The notes beneath the pieces are model-generated. The model was not told the origin of the DNA. It did no database searches and saw only the letters and a list, made by a program, of their open reading frames with translations. A stretch of DNA of 64,000 bases, taken from the NCBI GenBank assembly GCA_963662275.1, contig OY759316.1:192001-256000 (forward strand). The letters are read 5' to 3'. Shown piece by piece: positions 1 through 9,233 of this stretch; within the stretch, counting starts at the first letter, position 1, and each line of letters opens with the position of its first letter. Made by a program: the position numbers and the translations under genes. Source of the stretch: Candidatus Cloacimonadales bacterium (GTDB lineage Bacteria > Cloacimonadota > Cloacimonadia > Cloacimonadales > DAONDQ01).

Positions 1-1
1 G

Positions 2-532
2 AACAATCAAATTTGGTTAACAACAAATCATGTTGATCAATGGGGTGAACCTTCAGATGGAGTTTTATCACGCTTTGATGGCAGCACTTGGACATCCTGG
101 ACATCACTTAATTCACGGTTACCCAATGGAGCTATCAATGATTTGAAAATCGATAGCTTTGGTAACAAATGGATTGCATCTTATGAAGGTGGTCTCATTG
201 AGTTCAATGAAAACGTGATCGTTGCTGTTGATGATGAGACATTACCGAGCATAAGCCAGCAAATAGAAACATCAATATATCCTAATCCCTTCAATCCCTC
301 TACTACGATCAAATTTAATGTCCCTAGTGAAGGAATTGTAAAGCTCAGTATCTTCAATATCAGAGGACAACTTGTGAAAACACTGGCAAATGAGAGAATG
401 AGTGTTGGGGATCATCAAATCAACTGGAACGGTATGGATAAAAACGATAACCAACAGGCATCAGGAGTTTATTTCCTGCAAGTCCAAGCGAATGGATTAA
501 AGTCCGTAAAAAAAATGCTGATGCTAAAATAG
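2..532 (+). CDS. 3' part of a secreted protein: regulator-propeller (Reg_prop-like) blades plus C-terminal FlgD-Ig/T9SS-type sorting domain; 5'-truncated by the window edge
   Basis: Frame is open from position 2 (NNQIWLTT...FDGSTWTSWTSLNSRLPNGAINDLKIDSFGNKWIAS, a typical propeller blade); ends SIYPNPFNPSTTIKF...IFNIRGQLVKTL...SGVYFLQV...KKMLMLK. Confidence 0.8.
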   Translation, partial: NNQIWLTTNHVDQWGEPSDGVLSRFDGSTWTSWTSLNSRLPNGAINDLKIDSFGNKWIASYEGGLIEFNENVIVAVDDETLPSISQQIETSIYPNPFNPSTTIKFNVPSEGIVKLSIFNIRGQLVKTLANERMSVGDHQINWNGMDKNDNQQASGVYFLQVQANGLKSVKKMLMLK

Positions 533-554
533 TCAAAATTAGCCAAACGAACGG

Positions 555-3500
555 CTATTTCATCAGTATCATCTTATTTGTAATTGTTTGATTTCCTGAA
601 GAAAGCCGATAGAAATAGACTCCGCTGGCAAGTTGCTTTGAATTAATATCCTTTCCATCGAAAGTAACCGAGTATTTGCCAGGGGCTTTTGCTTCATCTA
701 CCAGGGTATTCACTAACTGCCCTTTGATGTTATAAATCTGCAGGATTGTTCTACCGAAATGTTTGATTGAGAAGTCAATTTTAGTAGTAGGATTGAATGG
801 ATTCGGATAATTCCTGGATAACGCAAATACGCTTCGAGATTGGAGAGCATCATTATTTGCGGTATATGTGAACTGAAGAACATTGGAACTGTCACTTAAT
901 ATCTCAGCATGATAGATATCATGGAAGACACTCTTAGTATAGATCGTATAATTCCCTCCCGTCATTACGTATTGATAATTCATAGAAGACGTAGTATCTT
1001 CAATAACCGTATTATTATGCTGCATATAAATACAATAGAAATCAGGAAGCATACGATTCTTTGATTTAGCGGGAGGACTTTCCAGGCACCAGGAAAGTGA
1101 AAGAGTATTTTCATTCAGAGCGTAGGTAAGATTAACAGGTTTCTCCAAATAAGACATGGCAAAATTAATATCAGCAGTTGTCTGATCACTAGTCACTACG
1201 ATGTTATTTTGATACTGCGGTAGAAAGTTTGCTAGCTCAGCTTTGATCGAGGAGTAAGTTCCCCTGTAAAGAGGCAGGATAAAAAGACCATTTTCATCTG
1301 GATGCACAAATTGCTCAGGAAAAAGTGTCGGTGCTATTCTTACTTGCGTAATATTCATCGCTGAGTATTCTAAATTAATGTTTCCACTGATATATCCCAA
1401 GGCATGATGAATAGCCTGGATGTGAATATCATCCAAGATAACCTGGCTAGTATTCTCACTTTGTGATATTGTTACCCATTTCAATTTTATTGTCTGTAAA
1501 TTGGCGGGCAGATCGTCAATATTGAATTGAACATGGACAGGACTAATTTGTACGGTATTGAAAGTATATAGTGAATTCCATGTATTTCCTTGGTCATAAC
1601 TAATATAGACTCCATTTGCTACATTGGGATTAAAATTACAGTAAGTAAATTCAACTTGAACTCTTTGGCAATCAAAACCATTGAGAAGTGGAGATTCAAC
1701 CTTGTATACCTGGTTAATTACTGACGGTGAAATGATGATTTCGGAACCACTTTCATGAATGTAGCTAGCTGGCAGTATTTCGATTCCTGGTGCAAAATGC
1801 CAGCCCGGTGACATGATAGGATTATCAAATGTTTCTAACAAAAGATCATCCCAATTCCCAATCATCAGTTGTTTCGTAAACAGACTATCATAAGAATTAG
1901 AACTGAATAAACCTCGGATCGTTAATTCATCACCACTGAGCGCAGTTGGCAGGATAGATATTTGGGATTCAATCCTGAAAGTACTAAATGCTGGAATACT
2001 ACAGTTAAATTGGGAAAGAGTAAGAGTACAATTGGCAGTTTCTTCAAACGCAAAATTTCCATCGATAGGTAAATTAGACATATTCTGTATTTGCATGATA
2101 ACCGGTACGGTTGTATTCGGATTCAGAACAGGATTTGTGACACCATCGATAAGACAATAAGAAAAACTAACCTGGGGTGCATGTACAATGACTGAAAAAT
2201 CTGAACCGTAATTTCCGCTGGTCGTCGAGTATTGAAGGTGAAAATTGATTTGTCTCATGTTAGGGCAATTTTGAGATACCACGATTATAAAAGGAATATC
2301 AATCGCAGCGTTTTGACCGGGTAAAATCTCAACTAATGAATAACTGTCATTTATAATGCTGATATAAGGATCGTTCGTAGACAGTAAAAGTGTCGAACTC
2401 TTCAAGTTTGCATTCCCTGAATTAGTGATAATAGGAGAAAGAGAAATTGTTTCACCGCAATCTATCTGATTATTCGGGTAAATTGCATTCGTTTCAATAT
2501 AAGGACAAGATAGAACAACTGGAATTGGTGCTGCAGTGTATGCCGGGATGGTTGTAAAATAGAGTGTTGAATTGCTGGCAAGGGCGGTTGCCGATACGGG
2601 ATAGGTTGCCTGGTACGTGTACTGTAACCCGATCAGTCCAGTATGATCAGCGATACCAACTGTGGCATATTGCCCGTGATCAACATTAACGACACCATAA
2701 TTACCGGCATCTACATTGTGAAAACTTTTATATTGGAAGAGAAAGGCATTATCACCAGTTGAAGTGGGATGTTGAAGGACATCATAGATAACTACTTCAA
2801 ATGTTTCAGTTTGAGAAGTATCATATCGATTCTTGAGCTGACTCCATTCTACGATAAATGAATTATTATCAGTGTCATATTTGTACACTATTTTAGAAGA
2901 GGATTGAATGATCAGGTCATCCCAGAAAGGGGCAATAATGGGTTTGAGTACCATAGGTCCTGGAATAGCCCAATTCATCCATTCCTGGCTTCCATTGCTG
3001 CCGGGCATAATGAAACCATTTGAACAAATTGTGATTTGATTATACATAACGCCATAATATCTGAATGAAAATGGCATGCTGACAGTTTGATAGCTGCCAC
3101 TACCATTAGTATCGCTATCAAAGAGAGAAAGAGTAGTTCCACATCCTCCTAGGCTGGGATTGATCTCTATCCAATTGTAGGGGTTAGCAAATGGATGATT
3201 ATCACTGTTAGCTACGCAGATATAACCATATTCATCAGGTCCTGTCATGGAAGATGTAAGAACATTCCCGATAGTAATATTTTTCATGAGCATTTGGGTT
3301 GAATCATTATTATATGTGATTTCCAAGACCAACTTTACCGGTGTTCCTGTGTATATCGACTGATTTGCAGAAATCGAGAAGGATGTAGTATTTATAGCAG
3401 TCGCATTAGAAGCGATGTTTCCAAAACTCTGTGTTCCTTCATTAATGCTTATATTTGGATTGGGACAAGATAGATGGGCAATAACATTATTCGCTGTTCC

Positions 3501-5822
3501 TGTACCAATATTCTTTATCGTGAATGTTAATTGACTGGTTTCACCAGGTATTAGAACGTTATCTGTCCCTATTTGAGAGCTAATGATTGTCAGGTCAGGT
3601 CCTCTTTCATTCACGTTAAAATTGATATTCTTACTAACAGTACTATTTAAATAATCTATCCCTTGAATATGTACCTGAAATGCCAGAACTTCATTTGCCG
3701 GACAAGATTCCAGGACTCTAAACTCTACATTCTGTAAAGATGTGACTATTTGGCTCAGTCCCATATGTCCAAGGTTAAGGTTACCGGATATGATTTCAAC
3801 ATATTCTGAAGAAGATGTCAAGCAAGCAGTTACATCATCTAAGGTTGAATCCTGATTATCAACTAACGAAAGGGGAAAAGAATAAATAGTCCCGGAATCA
3901 AGTTGATTGAAGCTACTCATGTTACTTAAAGTAAACCAATTGATCGTCTGGCTATTAAAACTAACGGTCCCCTGGTAAGTATAGTAATTTGGATTCGTGA
4001 CTGTTAATCTGCCTGTGCCTGTAGTCACTGAATTCCAGGCAAAGACAATGACTCCGTTTGCATCAGTAAAGCCGGTTTGGAATATTTCGTCACTGCCTTT
4101 TAGCAAACAAACCCTTGCATTTTTAACGGGATTTCCATCACTTACTTCTGTCACGGTGACTTGTAAAGAACCATTTAGAAGTGGTACAGCAGTATCGTAA
4201 TCCACATGAATATTTTCCGGTTGTTTCAACCAAATATCGACAGTTGGATCACCGAGTAAATTAATAGATTGGAAATTCTCAGGAATATAATCAATTGGAT
4301 ATTGAGGATAACAAGCCAGCAGTCCAATTTTGGAACGTAACAATGCCTGTCCCTGGTTCGTTAAACCTTCCTTGTAGAATCCGTATGCTACCGCACCGGT
4401 CATGATATTATTTAAACAGGTATGAGTTTCACAAGCAGCCCCGATAAAGCCAATTCCTCCCAACGGATTTGAGGCAGTTCCGACTCTCATGAATTGATCT
4501 CCAATACAGTTGGAAGAGGTTGTTCCAAAATTCCCAGAAAAACAAGTAATAAAACAAATAAAAGGATACATCCCATTATTAACCAAACCACTGATATTGC
4601 TATTTGTCAAACCGCTGTAACCATTATGTCCCCGATAATAGAAATTGCTGGCACCTAAGTTCATTGCAGACATCATCTGTGAGGATAGTGTACCGGAATT
4701 AATGTATGTAAATTGTGTTTGAGAGCTATAATCCGACATCAGATTTTTTACATAATCCATAGTCGTTGTACATGATGGACCTGAATCTGTGTTATCTGGA
4801 CAAAGAATAGCCCGATTATACCAATTATAACTTGAGAATCCTGTCATCTTTTCATAATTGATGGTTTTGCTGACCATAGCAGAGAGTTGAGCTGCTGAAC
4901 TGAAACTGAATCTTCCAATATAGGCATCAGGAATAATGTCATTTCCATCCAGCAAGCAATATTGGTAATCTCCAACCGTATTATGGTTATAATAAACCCA
5001 ATAAGTTGGAACTGTGTTAGTTTGGGTGGCTTTCCCTACCATCAATATATATTCAGGTGGATTTTCCCAAGTATCGTAGGCATTTTGGATATAATTTTTA
5101 ATGGAATTCGTATTATTGCCAATCTCTTGCGTATTAACGGCATGTACTTCCCATCCTTTTTGATGTTTCCAATCTAAGAGCGGTTGAATATAGCTTAGGG
5201 CAGCAGCATCCTGGTTATAGAAGACAAGGAAAGAACCGATTGCCTCTCCGGAACGTGTATTGTCCCGATAATTAATCACTGACTGGGATAACCACTGCTT
5301 AAATTGCCTGGTCTTTTTGGTATCTTTATTTAAAGATACTGATGCATCTGGAAGGAAATCAATTTCAATATCTGCTTCAGTCAGGATCTGCATATTCTTT
5401 GATTTATCTGCATAAAGAAATGGTTGAATCATCAGCGTTGCCAGGATATTACCCCGCATAATAAATGGGGCAGATATATTGATATATTCTGAGCTGATGG
5501 GTAAATCCTTGTCGATTGCCGATAGAACGATATGCTCTTGCCTGGTAATTTTCAAATTAGATAACTTCACAATTGCCCGACAATGATTGGGAACTTGAAT
5601 CATATAGTTTAGCGAGGGTAGATTATAATTATTCAACACATAGTTGTCTGCTTTTTCTTGCATGACAACAGGAATCTTTGAGTTAGAATCCTGCATGTGA
5701 TAATTGCCAAGTTCGAAATGCATTCTTAGTTGTGATGTATTATTATCAATTATAGAAAGGGTATTAGCTGTTAACAGCATTGGGAAAAGAACTGACAGAA
5801 ATACACAGATTACAATTTTCAT
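555..5822 (-). CDS. Gingipain-like C25 family cysteine peptidase with propeptide, Ig-like repeats and C-terminal sorting domain (1755 aa)
   Basis: Signal peptide; C25 motifs WKHQKG, IKNYIQNAY..W...PEYILMVG, PDAYIGRF; catalytic His (YRGH) and Cys (ITCFSGNF); LLGDP; C-terminal NYPNPFNP domain. Confidence 0.88.
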   Translation of the reverse strand: MKIVICVFLSVLFPMLLTANTLSIIDNNTSQLRMHFELGNYHMQDSNSKIPVVMQEKADNYVLNNYNLPSLNYMIQVPNHCRAIVKLSNLKITRQEHIVLSAIDKDLPISSEYINISAPFIMRGNILATLMIQPFLYADKSKNMQILTEADIEIDFLPDASVSLNKDTKKTRQFKQWLSQSVINYRDNTRSGEAIGSFLVFYNQDAAALSYIQPLLDWKHQKGWEVHAVNTQEIGNNTNSIKNYIQNAYDTWENPPEYILMVGKATQTNTVPTYWVYYNHNTVGDYQYCLLDGNDIIPDAYIGRFSFSSAAQLSAMVSKTINYEKMTGFSSYNWYNRAILCPDNTDSGPSCTTTMDYVKNLMSDYSSQTQFTYINSGTLSSQMMSAMNLGASNFYYRGHNGYSGLTNSNISGLVNNGMYPFICFITCFSGNFGTTSSNCIGDQFMRVGTASNPLGGIGFIGAACETHTCLNNIMTGAVAYGFYKEGLTNQGQALLRSKIGLLACYPQYPIDYIPENFQSINLLGDPTVDIWLKQPENIHVDYDTAVPLLNGSLQVTVTEVSDGNPVKNARVCLLKGSDEIFQTGFTDANGVIVFAWNSVTTGTGRLTVTNPNYYTYQGTVSFNSQTINWFTLSNMSSFNQLDSGTIYSFPLSLVDNQDSTLDDVTACLTSSSEYVEIISGNLNLGHMGLSQIVTSLQNVEFRVLESCPANEVLAFQVHIQGIDYLNSTVSKNINFNVNERGPDLTIISSQIGTDNVLIPGETSQLTFTIKNIGTGTANNVIAHLSCPNPNISINEGTQSFGNIASNATAINTTSFSISANQSIYTGTPVKLVLEITYNNDSTQMLMKNITIGNVLTSSMTGPDEYGYICVANSDNHPFANPYNWIEINPSLGGCGTTLSLFDSDTNGSGSYQTVSMPFSFRYYGVMYNQITICSNGFIMPGSNGSQEWMNWAIPGPMVLKPIIAPFWDDLIIQSSSKIVYKYDTDNNSFIVEWSQLKNRYDTSQTETFEVVIYDVLQHPTSTGDNAFLFQYKSFHNVDAGNYGVVNVDHGQYATVGIADHTGLIGLQYTYQATYPVSATALASNSTLYFTTIPAYTAAPIPVVLSCPYIETNAIYPNNQIDCGETISLSPIITNSGNANLKSSTLLLSTNDPYISIINDSYSLVEILPGQNAAIDIPFIIVVSQNCPNMRQINFHLQYSTTSGNYGSDFSVIVHAPQVSFSYCLIDGVTNPVLNPNTTVPVIMQIQNMSNLPIDGNFAFEETANCTLTLSQFNCSIPAFSTFRIESQISILPTALSGDELTIRGLFSSNSYDSLFTKQLMIGNWDDLLLETFDNPIMSPGWHFAPGIEILPASYIHESGSEIIISPSVINQVYKVESPLLNGFDCQRVQVEFTYCNFNPNVANGVYISYDQGNTWNSLYTFNTVQISPVHVQFNIDDLPANLQTIKLKWVTISQSENTSQVILDDIHIQAIHHALGYISGNINLEYSAMNITQVRIAPTLFPEQFVHPDENGLFILPLYRGTYSSIKAELANFLPQYQNNIVVTSDQTTADINFAMSYLEKPVNLTYALNENTLSLSWCLESPPAKSKNRMLPDFYCIYMQHNNTVIEDTTSSMNYQYVMTGGNYTIYTKSVFHDIYHAEILSDSSNVLQFTYTANNDALQSRSVFALSRNYPNPFNPTTKIDFSIKHFGRTILQIYNIKGQLVNTLVDEAKAPGKYSVTFDGKDINSKQLASGVYFYRLSSGNQTITNKMILMK

Positions 5823-5973
5823 TATGAGTTCCTACTTTCAATAGACATTCGTGACTTACACCTATGCATAACGTATTCCAAATATAATAAAGGAAACAAA
5901 CAAGATTACTTTTTTTCTAGTAAAATGATAAATATTGTCATTACTTATTTGGAGAAGAAATCTTGGCGTGAAT

Positions 5974-6023
5974 ATCGGGCTTCAAAACCGACTTTTCATC
6001 CTCGGCAGCAAAAACCTACTTTC
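5974..6023. repeat. Dispersed ~50-bp intergenic repeat (second copy at 49912-49961)
   Basis: 41/50 identity by manual ungapped alignment with 49912-49961. Confidence 0.75.
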
Positions 6024-6031
6024 AGTTAGGT

Positions 6032-6493
6032 TCATTTATCCGGAGAAAACTTTATTGGTACAATCGCCCAGCAATCGACAGGCTTTCCCTTTCTTTTTGC
6101 AGGCTGGAATTTCCATTTCTTGATGGTTGCTATTGCAATCTTATCCACTCCAACAGGACCTTTGTTATTCGTTTTCCTCACTTCCACACTATCAATTCTT
6201 CCATTGGCACGAATATGTACTTCCAAATACAATGTTCCTTGAATGGCTGCTTTCCTCATCGCTTCAGTATATTCGGGCATTACTTTTGTAATTACAACAG
6301 GTGCATCATCATAATAAATGGATCTCTCAGGGTGAGGATGATCTTGAATACAAATGGTTTGTAATTCCGTAAAATCATCAGAGGTCGGTTTCGGATGATC
6401 TATGACAACATCGGGCTTTAATTTCTGAGTTGCACAATTTGCGAATGTAACAATACCCAGGACGATGATCAGGAAAAGAACTTTGAAATTCAT
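6032..6493 (-). CDS. TonB family protein (TonB C-terminal domain, short linker)
   Basis: N-terminal hydrophobic segment; PEYTEAMRKAAIQGTLYLEVHIRANGRI...WKFQPAKRKGKPV TonB_C pattern. Confidence 0.85.
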   Translation of the reverse strand: MNFKVLFLIIVLGIVTFANCATQKLKPDVVIDHPKPTSDDFTELQTICIQDHPHPERSIYYDDAPVVITKVMPEYTEAMRKAAIQGTLYLEVHIRANGRIDSVEVRKTNNKGPVGVDKIAIATIKKWKFQPAKRKGKPVDCWAIVPIKFSPDK

Positions 6494-6506
6494 AACAATC
6501 TCCTTT

Positions 6507-6734
6507 TTCAGCAGGAACGGTGTCCTGCTCTACAAGAAAGATGTAGGGACTGACGTCCTCGGCAGTCTCGTGTTCAGCGGATCGGCGTCCTGCTCTACAA
6601 GAAAGATGTAGGGACTGACGTCCTCGGCAGTCTCGTGTTCAGCAGGGACAGTGTTTTGCTCTACAATATTATAACCGTAGCGCACGACCTCCGGGCGTGC
6701 AAAAACGAAGGCTGCCAAGGATGTCAGCCCCTAC
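6507..6734. repeat. BIME-like mosaic of GTAG-type REP hairpins
   Basis: Exact 57-bp direct repeat at 6522-6578 and 6587-6643 (period 65); alternating GTAGAGCAGGA... (minus) and GTAGGGACTG... (plus) hairpins; inverted GTAGGGGCTG copy ends at 6734. Confidence 0.85.
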
Positions 6735-6745
6735 GATGATCGCTG

Positions 6746-7591
6746 CTATTGCTTCATGAGTTGTTCGAGTAATTCCTTTTTTTCTTCATCATTCGAGTAC
6801 TTGAAAATGATCTTTCCTCTTCCATTCTTGTCATCAATCTTCACATTCACTTTAAATATTTGTTTCAATTCAGTTTCTTCGATGACATGAGAGTATATTT
6901 TCGGATGACTTTGCCTGACAGAAGTATGAGGTTGCAACCATGATTTCGCCATTTCTTCTGCTTGGCGGACAGAACTGCCATTTGCTGCTAAATGTTTGGC
7001 GAAGCTTTCCTGAAGAGATTCTTCCACCTGGAGAATAGCCCGGGCATGACCAGCAGTCAATGTCCCGCTTAGTATATAATCCTGGATTGAACTACTCAAA
7101 CGTAATAAACGGAGAGAGTTTGTGATCGTTACCCTGTCTTTTCCCATGATTTCCGAGATCTGGGCATGAGTCATGTTAAATTCTACCACCAATTGCTGGT
7201 AAGCCATTGCCTCTTCAATTGCATTCAAATTTTCACGTTGGATATTCTCAATAATGGCAAATTGGAGTTGCTCTTTTTTTGACACGGAACGAATGATGAC
7301 CGGTACTTCTTCAAAACCTGCCAGTTTTGCAGCTTCCAAGCGACGTTCACCAGCGATTAATTCATAATCGGAATCTTCACGTTTAGTAACAATGATTGGC
7401 TGAATGATTCCATTCTGTTTGATGGAATCAGATAATTCCTTCAATTTGACTGGATCGAATGCTTTCCTGGGTTGATAACGATTTGGGCTAATGTGCTCCA
7501 CTCTAACTGTTGTAATACCTGTTGCCTGGTTCGTCCTTTCCGGGATATCACGAATCAGGGCATCTAAACCTTTTCCTAATCTTTCATTCAT
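6746..7591 (-). CDS. parB: Chromosome partitioning protein ParB/Spo0J
   Basis: LGKGLDALI N-terminus, PNRYQPRK, YELIAGERRLEAA, IIENIQRENLN, HTH; downstream of parA. Confidence 0.97.
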   Translation of the reverse strand: MNERLGKGLDALIRDIPERTNQATGITTVRVEHISPNRYQPRKAFDPVKLKELSDSIKQNGIIQPIIVTKREDSDYELIAGERRLEAAKLAGFEEVPVIIRSVSKKEQLQFAIIENIQRENLNAIEEAMAYQQLVVEFNMTHAQISEIMGKDRVTITNSLRLLRLSSSIQDYILSGTLTAGHARAILQVEESLQESFAKHLAANGSSVRQAEEMAKSWLQPHTSVRQSHPKIYSHVIEETELKQIFKVNVKIDDKNGRGKIIFKYSNDEEKKELLEQLMKQ

Positions 7592-8346
7592 CTTTGCAAC
7601 ACTTCCATCGCTAATTGAAGATAATTCTGCGCCCCCACAGATTTGATATCATAATGAAATATAGATTTCCCAAAGCTGGGAGCTTCACTTAATTTGACAT
7701 TACGAACAATGATAGTTTTGAATACTTTTTCCTTAAAATAGCGTCGTACTTCTTTTGCTACCTGGTTGGAAAGGTTCAAACGCTTATCATACATAGTCAT
7801 CAGGATGCCGAGTATATTCAGGTTCGGGTTTAAATTCTTTTGAATTAGCCTGACTGTATTTAATAATTGGCTAACACCTTCTAGAGCATAATATTCACAT
7901 TGAATAGGAATGATAACATCTGTACAAGCTGTCAAGGCGTTGACGGTTAACAGACCCAATGAAGGCGGGCAATCGATAAGAATATATTCATAATCATTCA
8001 GGATGGGTTGAATGGCATCTTTGAGTTTCTGTTCACGGGAAAATTCCTTTACAAGCTCAATTTCAGCTCCTGTCAGATCGATATTACCGGGAATAATATC
8101 CAGATGCTCGATCACTGTATGGAGAATTGTCTCTTTTGTTGGAACACGTTGAATTAGAGCATCATAGATTTGGAGAGGTGTATTGTCTTTTTCAATCCCA
8201 AAGCCACTGGATGCATTTCCCTGGGGATCGAAATCTATGAGAAGTGTCTTTTTTTCCAATATTCCTAAGCCGGCAGCAAGATTGACTGTCGTCGTTGTCT
8301 TACCAACACCGCCTTTCTGATTTACAATCGCAATGATTTTCTTCAT
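7588..8346 (-). CDS. parA: Chromosome partitioning ATPase ParA/Soj
   Basis: NQKGGVGKTTT deviant Walker A, DPQGNAS, IDCPPSLG, IPIQCEYYALEG, LSEAPSFG. Confidence 0.97.
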   Translation of the reverse strand: MKKIIAIVNQKGGVGKTTTTVNLAAGLGILEKKTLLIDFDPQGNASSGFGIEKDNTPLQIYDALIQRVPTKETILHTVIEHLDIIPGNIDLTGAEIELVKEFSREQKLKDAIQPILNDYEYILIDCPPSLGLLTVNALTACTDVIIPIQCEYYALEGVSQLLNTVRLIQKNLNPNLNILGILMTMYDKRLNLSNQVAKEVRRYFKEKVFKTIIVRNVKLSEAPSFGKSIFHYDIKSVGAQNYLQLAMEVLQR

Positions 8347-8957
8347 ATTTTTCCAATTTCTATTATATTTCTCGTACCCACTGCCACGTGACTGACATCA
8401 TGAATTTTGAAGGATGAGAATTGTTCAGCATCCTCCCAGGACTTGCTTTTATAGAGAAGAATCCTACCATCTTTCTTAAGGAGTTTTTGCATTGAATCCC
8501 GGAATTCCGGTATTATTTTCACTGACCTGCAGACGATTAAATCAAATCCTTCTGTATCATGGTAATTTTCTAAACGATTCCAAACTGGATAACAATGTTC
8601 TAGATTCAGAGCTTCTATTATCTCATGCAACGCTTTTACTTTCTTGCCTTTGGCGTCAAGTAAAATCATATCCAGTCGAGGTTTCACCAACTGAAGGGGA
8701 ATACCTGGAAGACCACCCCCCGAACCGAAGTCGAGAATCCTCTCATGGTCAAGATTAAAGCATTTCAGTAACAACAGACTATCCAGGAAATGAACAGTCC
8801 AAATATCGTCTGGATTCATTTGACGGGAGTAGAGATTGATATGCTCATTAATCTGTATCAGTGTTTTATGTAGAATCTCAAACTGAGAAAGCACGGTATT
8901 CCATGTTTCTGGCAATAGTTCCATCAGAAATTGAGTGAACTGTTCTTTCTGTCCCAT
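8343..8957 (-). CDS. rsmG: 16S rRNA m7G527 methyltransferase RsmG (GidB)
   Basis: HFLDSL, LDFGSGGGLPGIPL SAM motif; rsmG-parA-parB synteny with 4-bp overlaps. Confidence 0.93.
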   Translation of the reverse strand: MGQKEQFTQFLMELLPETWNTVLSQFEILHKTLIQINEHINLYSRQMNPDDIWTVHFLDSLLLLKCFNLDHERILDFGSGGGLPGIPLQLVKPRLDMILLDAKGKKVKALHEIIEALNLEHCYPVWNRLENYHDTEGFDLIVCRSVKIIPEFRDSMQKLLKKDGRILLYKSKSWEDAEQFSSFKIHDVSHVAVGTRNIIEIGKI

Positions 8958-8975
8958 CTAACCTCTATCTATGTT

Positions 8976-9003
8976 GTGGAGTAAGATTCCGATCTTACTG
9001 AAT
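8976..9003 (+). repeat. GTGG-type REP-like hairpin (family also at 33736 and 33802)
   Basis: GTGG-AGTAAGAT-tccg-ATCTTACT-GAAT, 8-bp perfect stem. Confidence 0.75.
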
Positions 9004-9016
9004 CTTGATTTAACAA

Positions 9017-9091
9017 TGTAGGGGACCGCGTCAGCAGACCCATCTACCTCGAGAGCATTGAAGAATGGGTCTGCTGACGCAGACCCCTACA
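9017..9091. repeat. REPIN-like inverted REP doublet (GTAG type)
   Basis: 27-bp arms at 9017-9043 and 9065-9091 are 25/27 complementary; each starts TGTAGGGG. Confidence 0.85.
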
Positions 9092-9233
9092 GCGCATACT
9101 TTATTGAAAGAAATGTCTATCCTGTAAAGAGAAAGTTTCAGCAGGAAGGAAAGAGAATAAAATAAAACTTGCTCTCTTTATCAGCTTATCTTTCATAGTA
9201 TGAAGATTATTAATTTGAGGAGAAAGTGAGGAT

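Noticed and set aside
6507..6734. Possible mini-CRISPR, and the 62-aa ORF 6530-6718
   Set aside because: Whole 65-bp units are duplicated with no unique spacers; the ORF is a chance reading through REP repeats.
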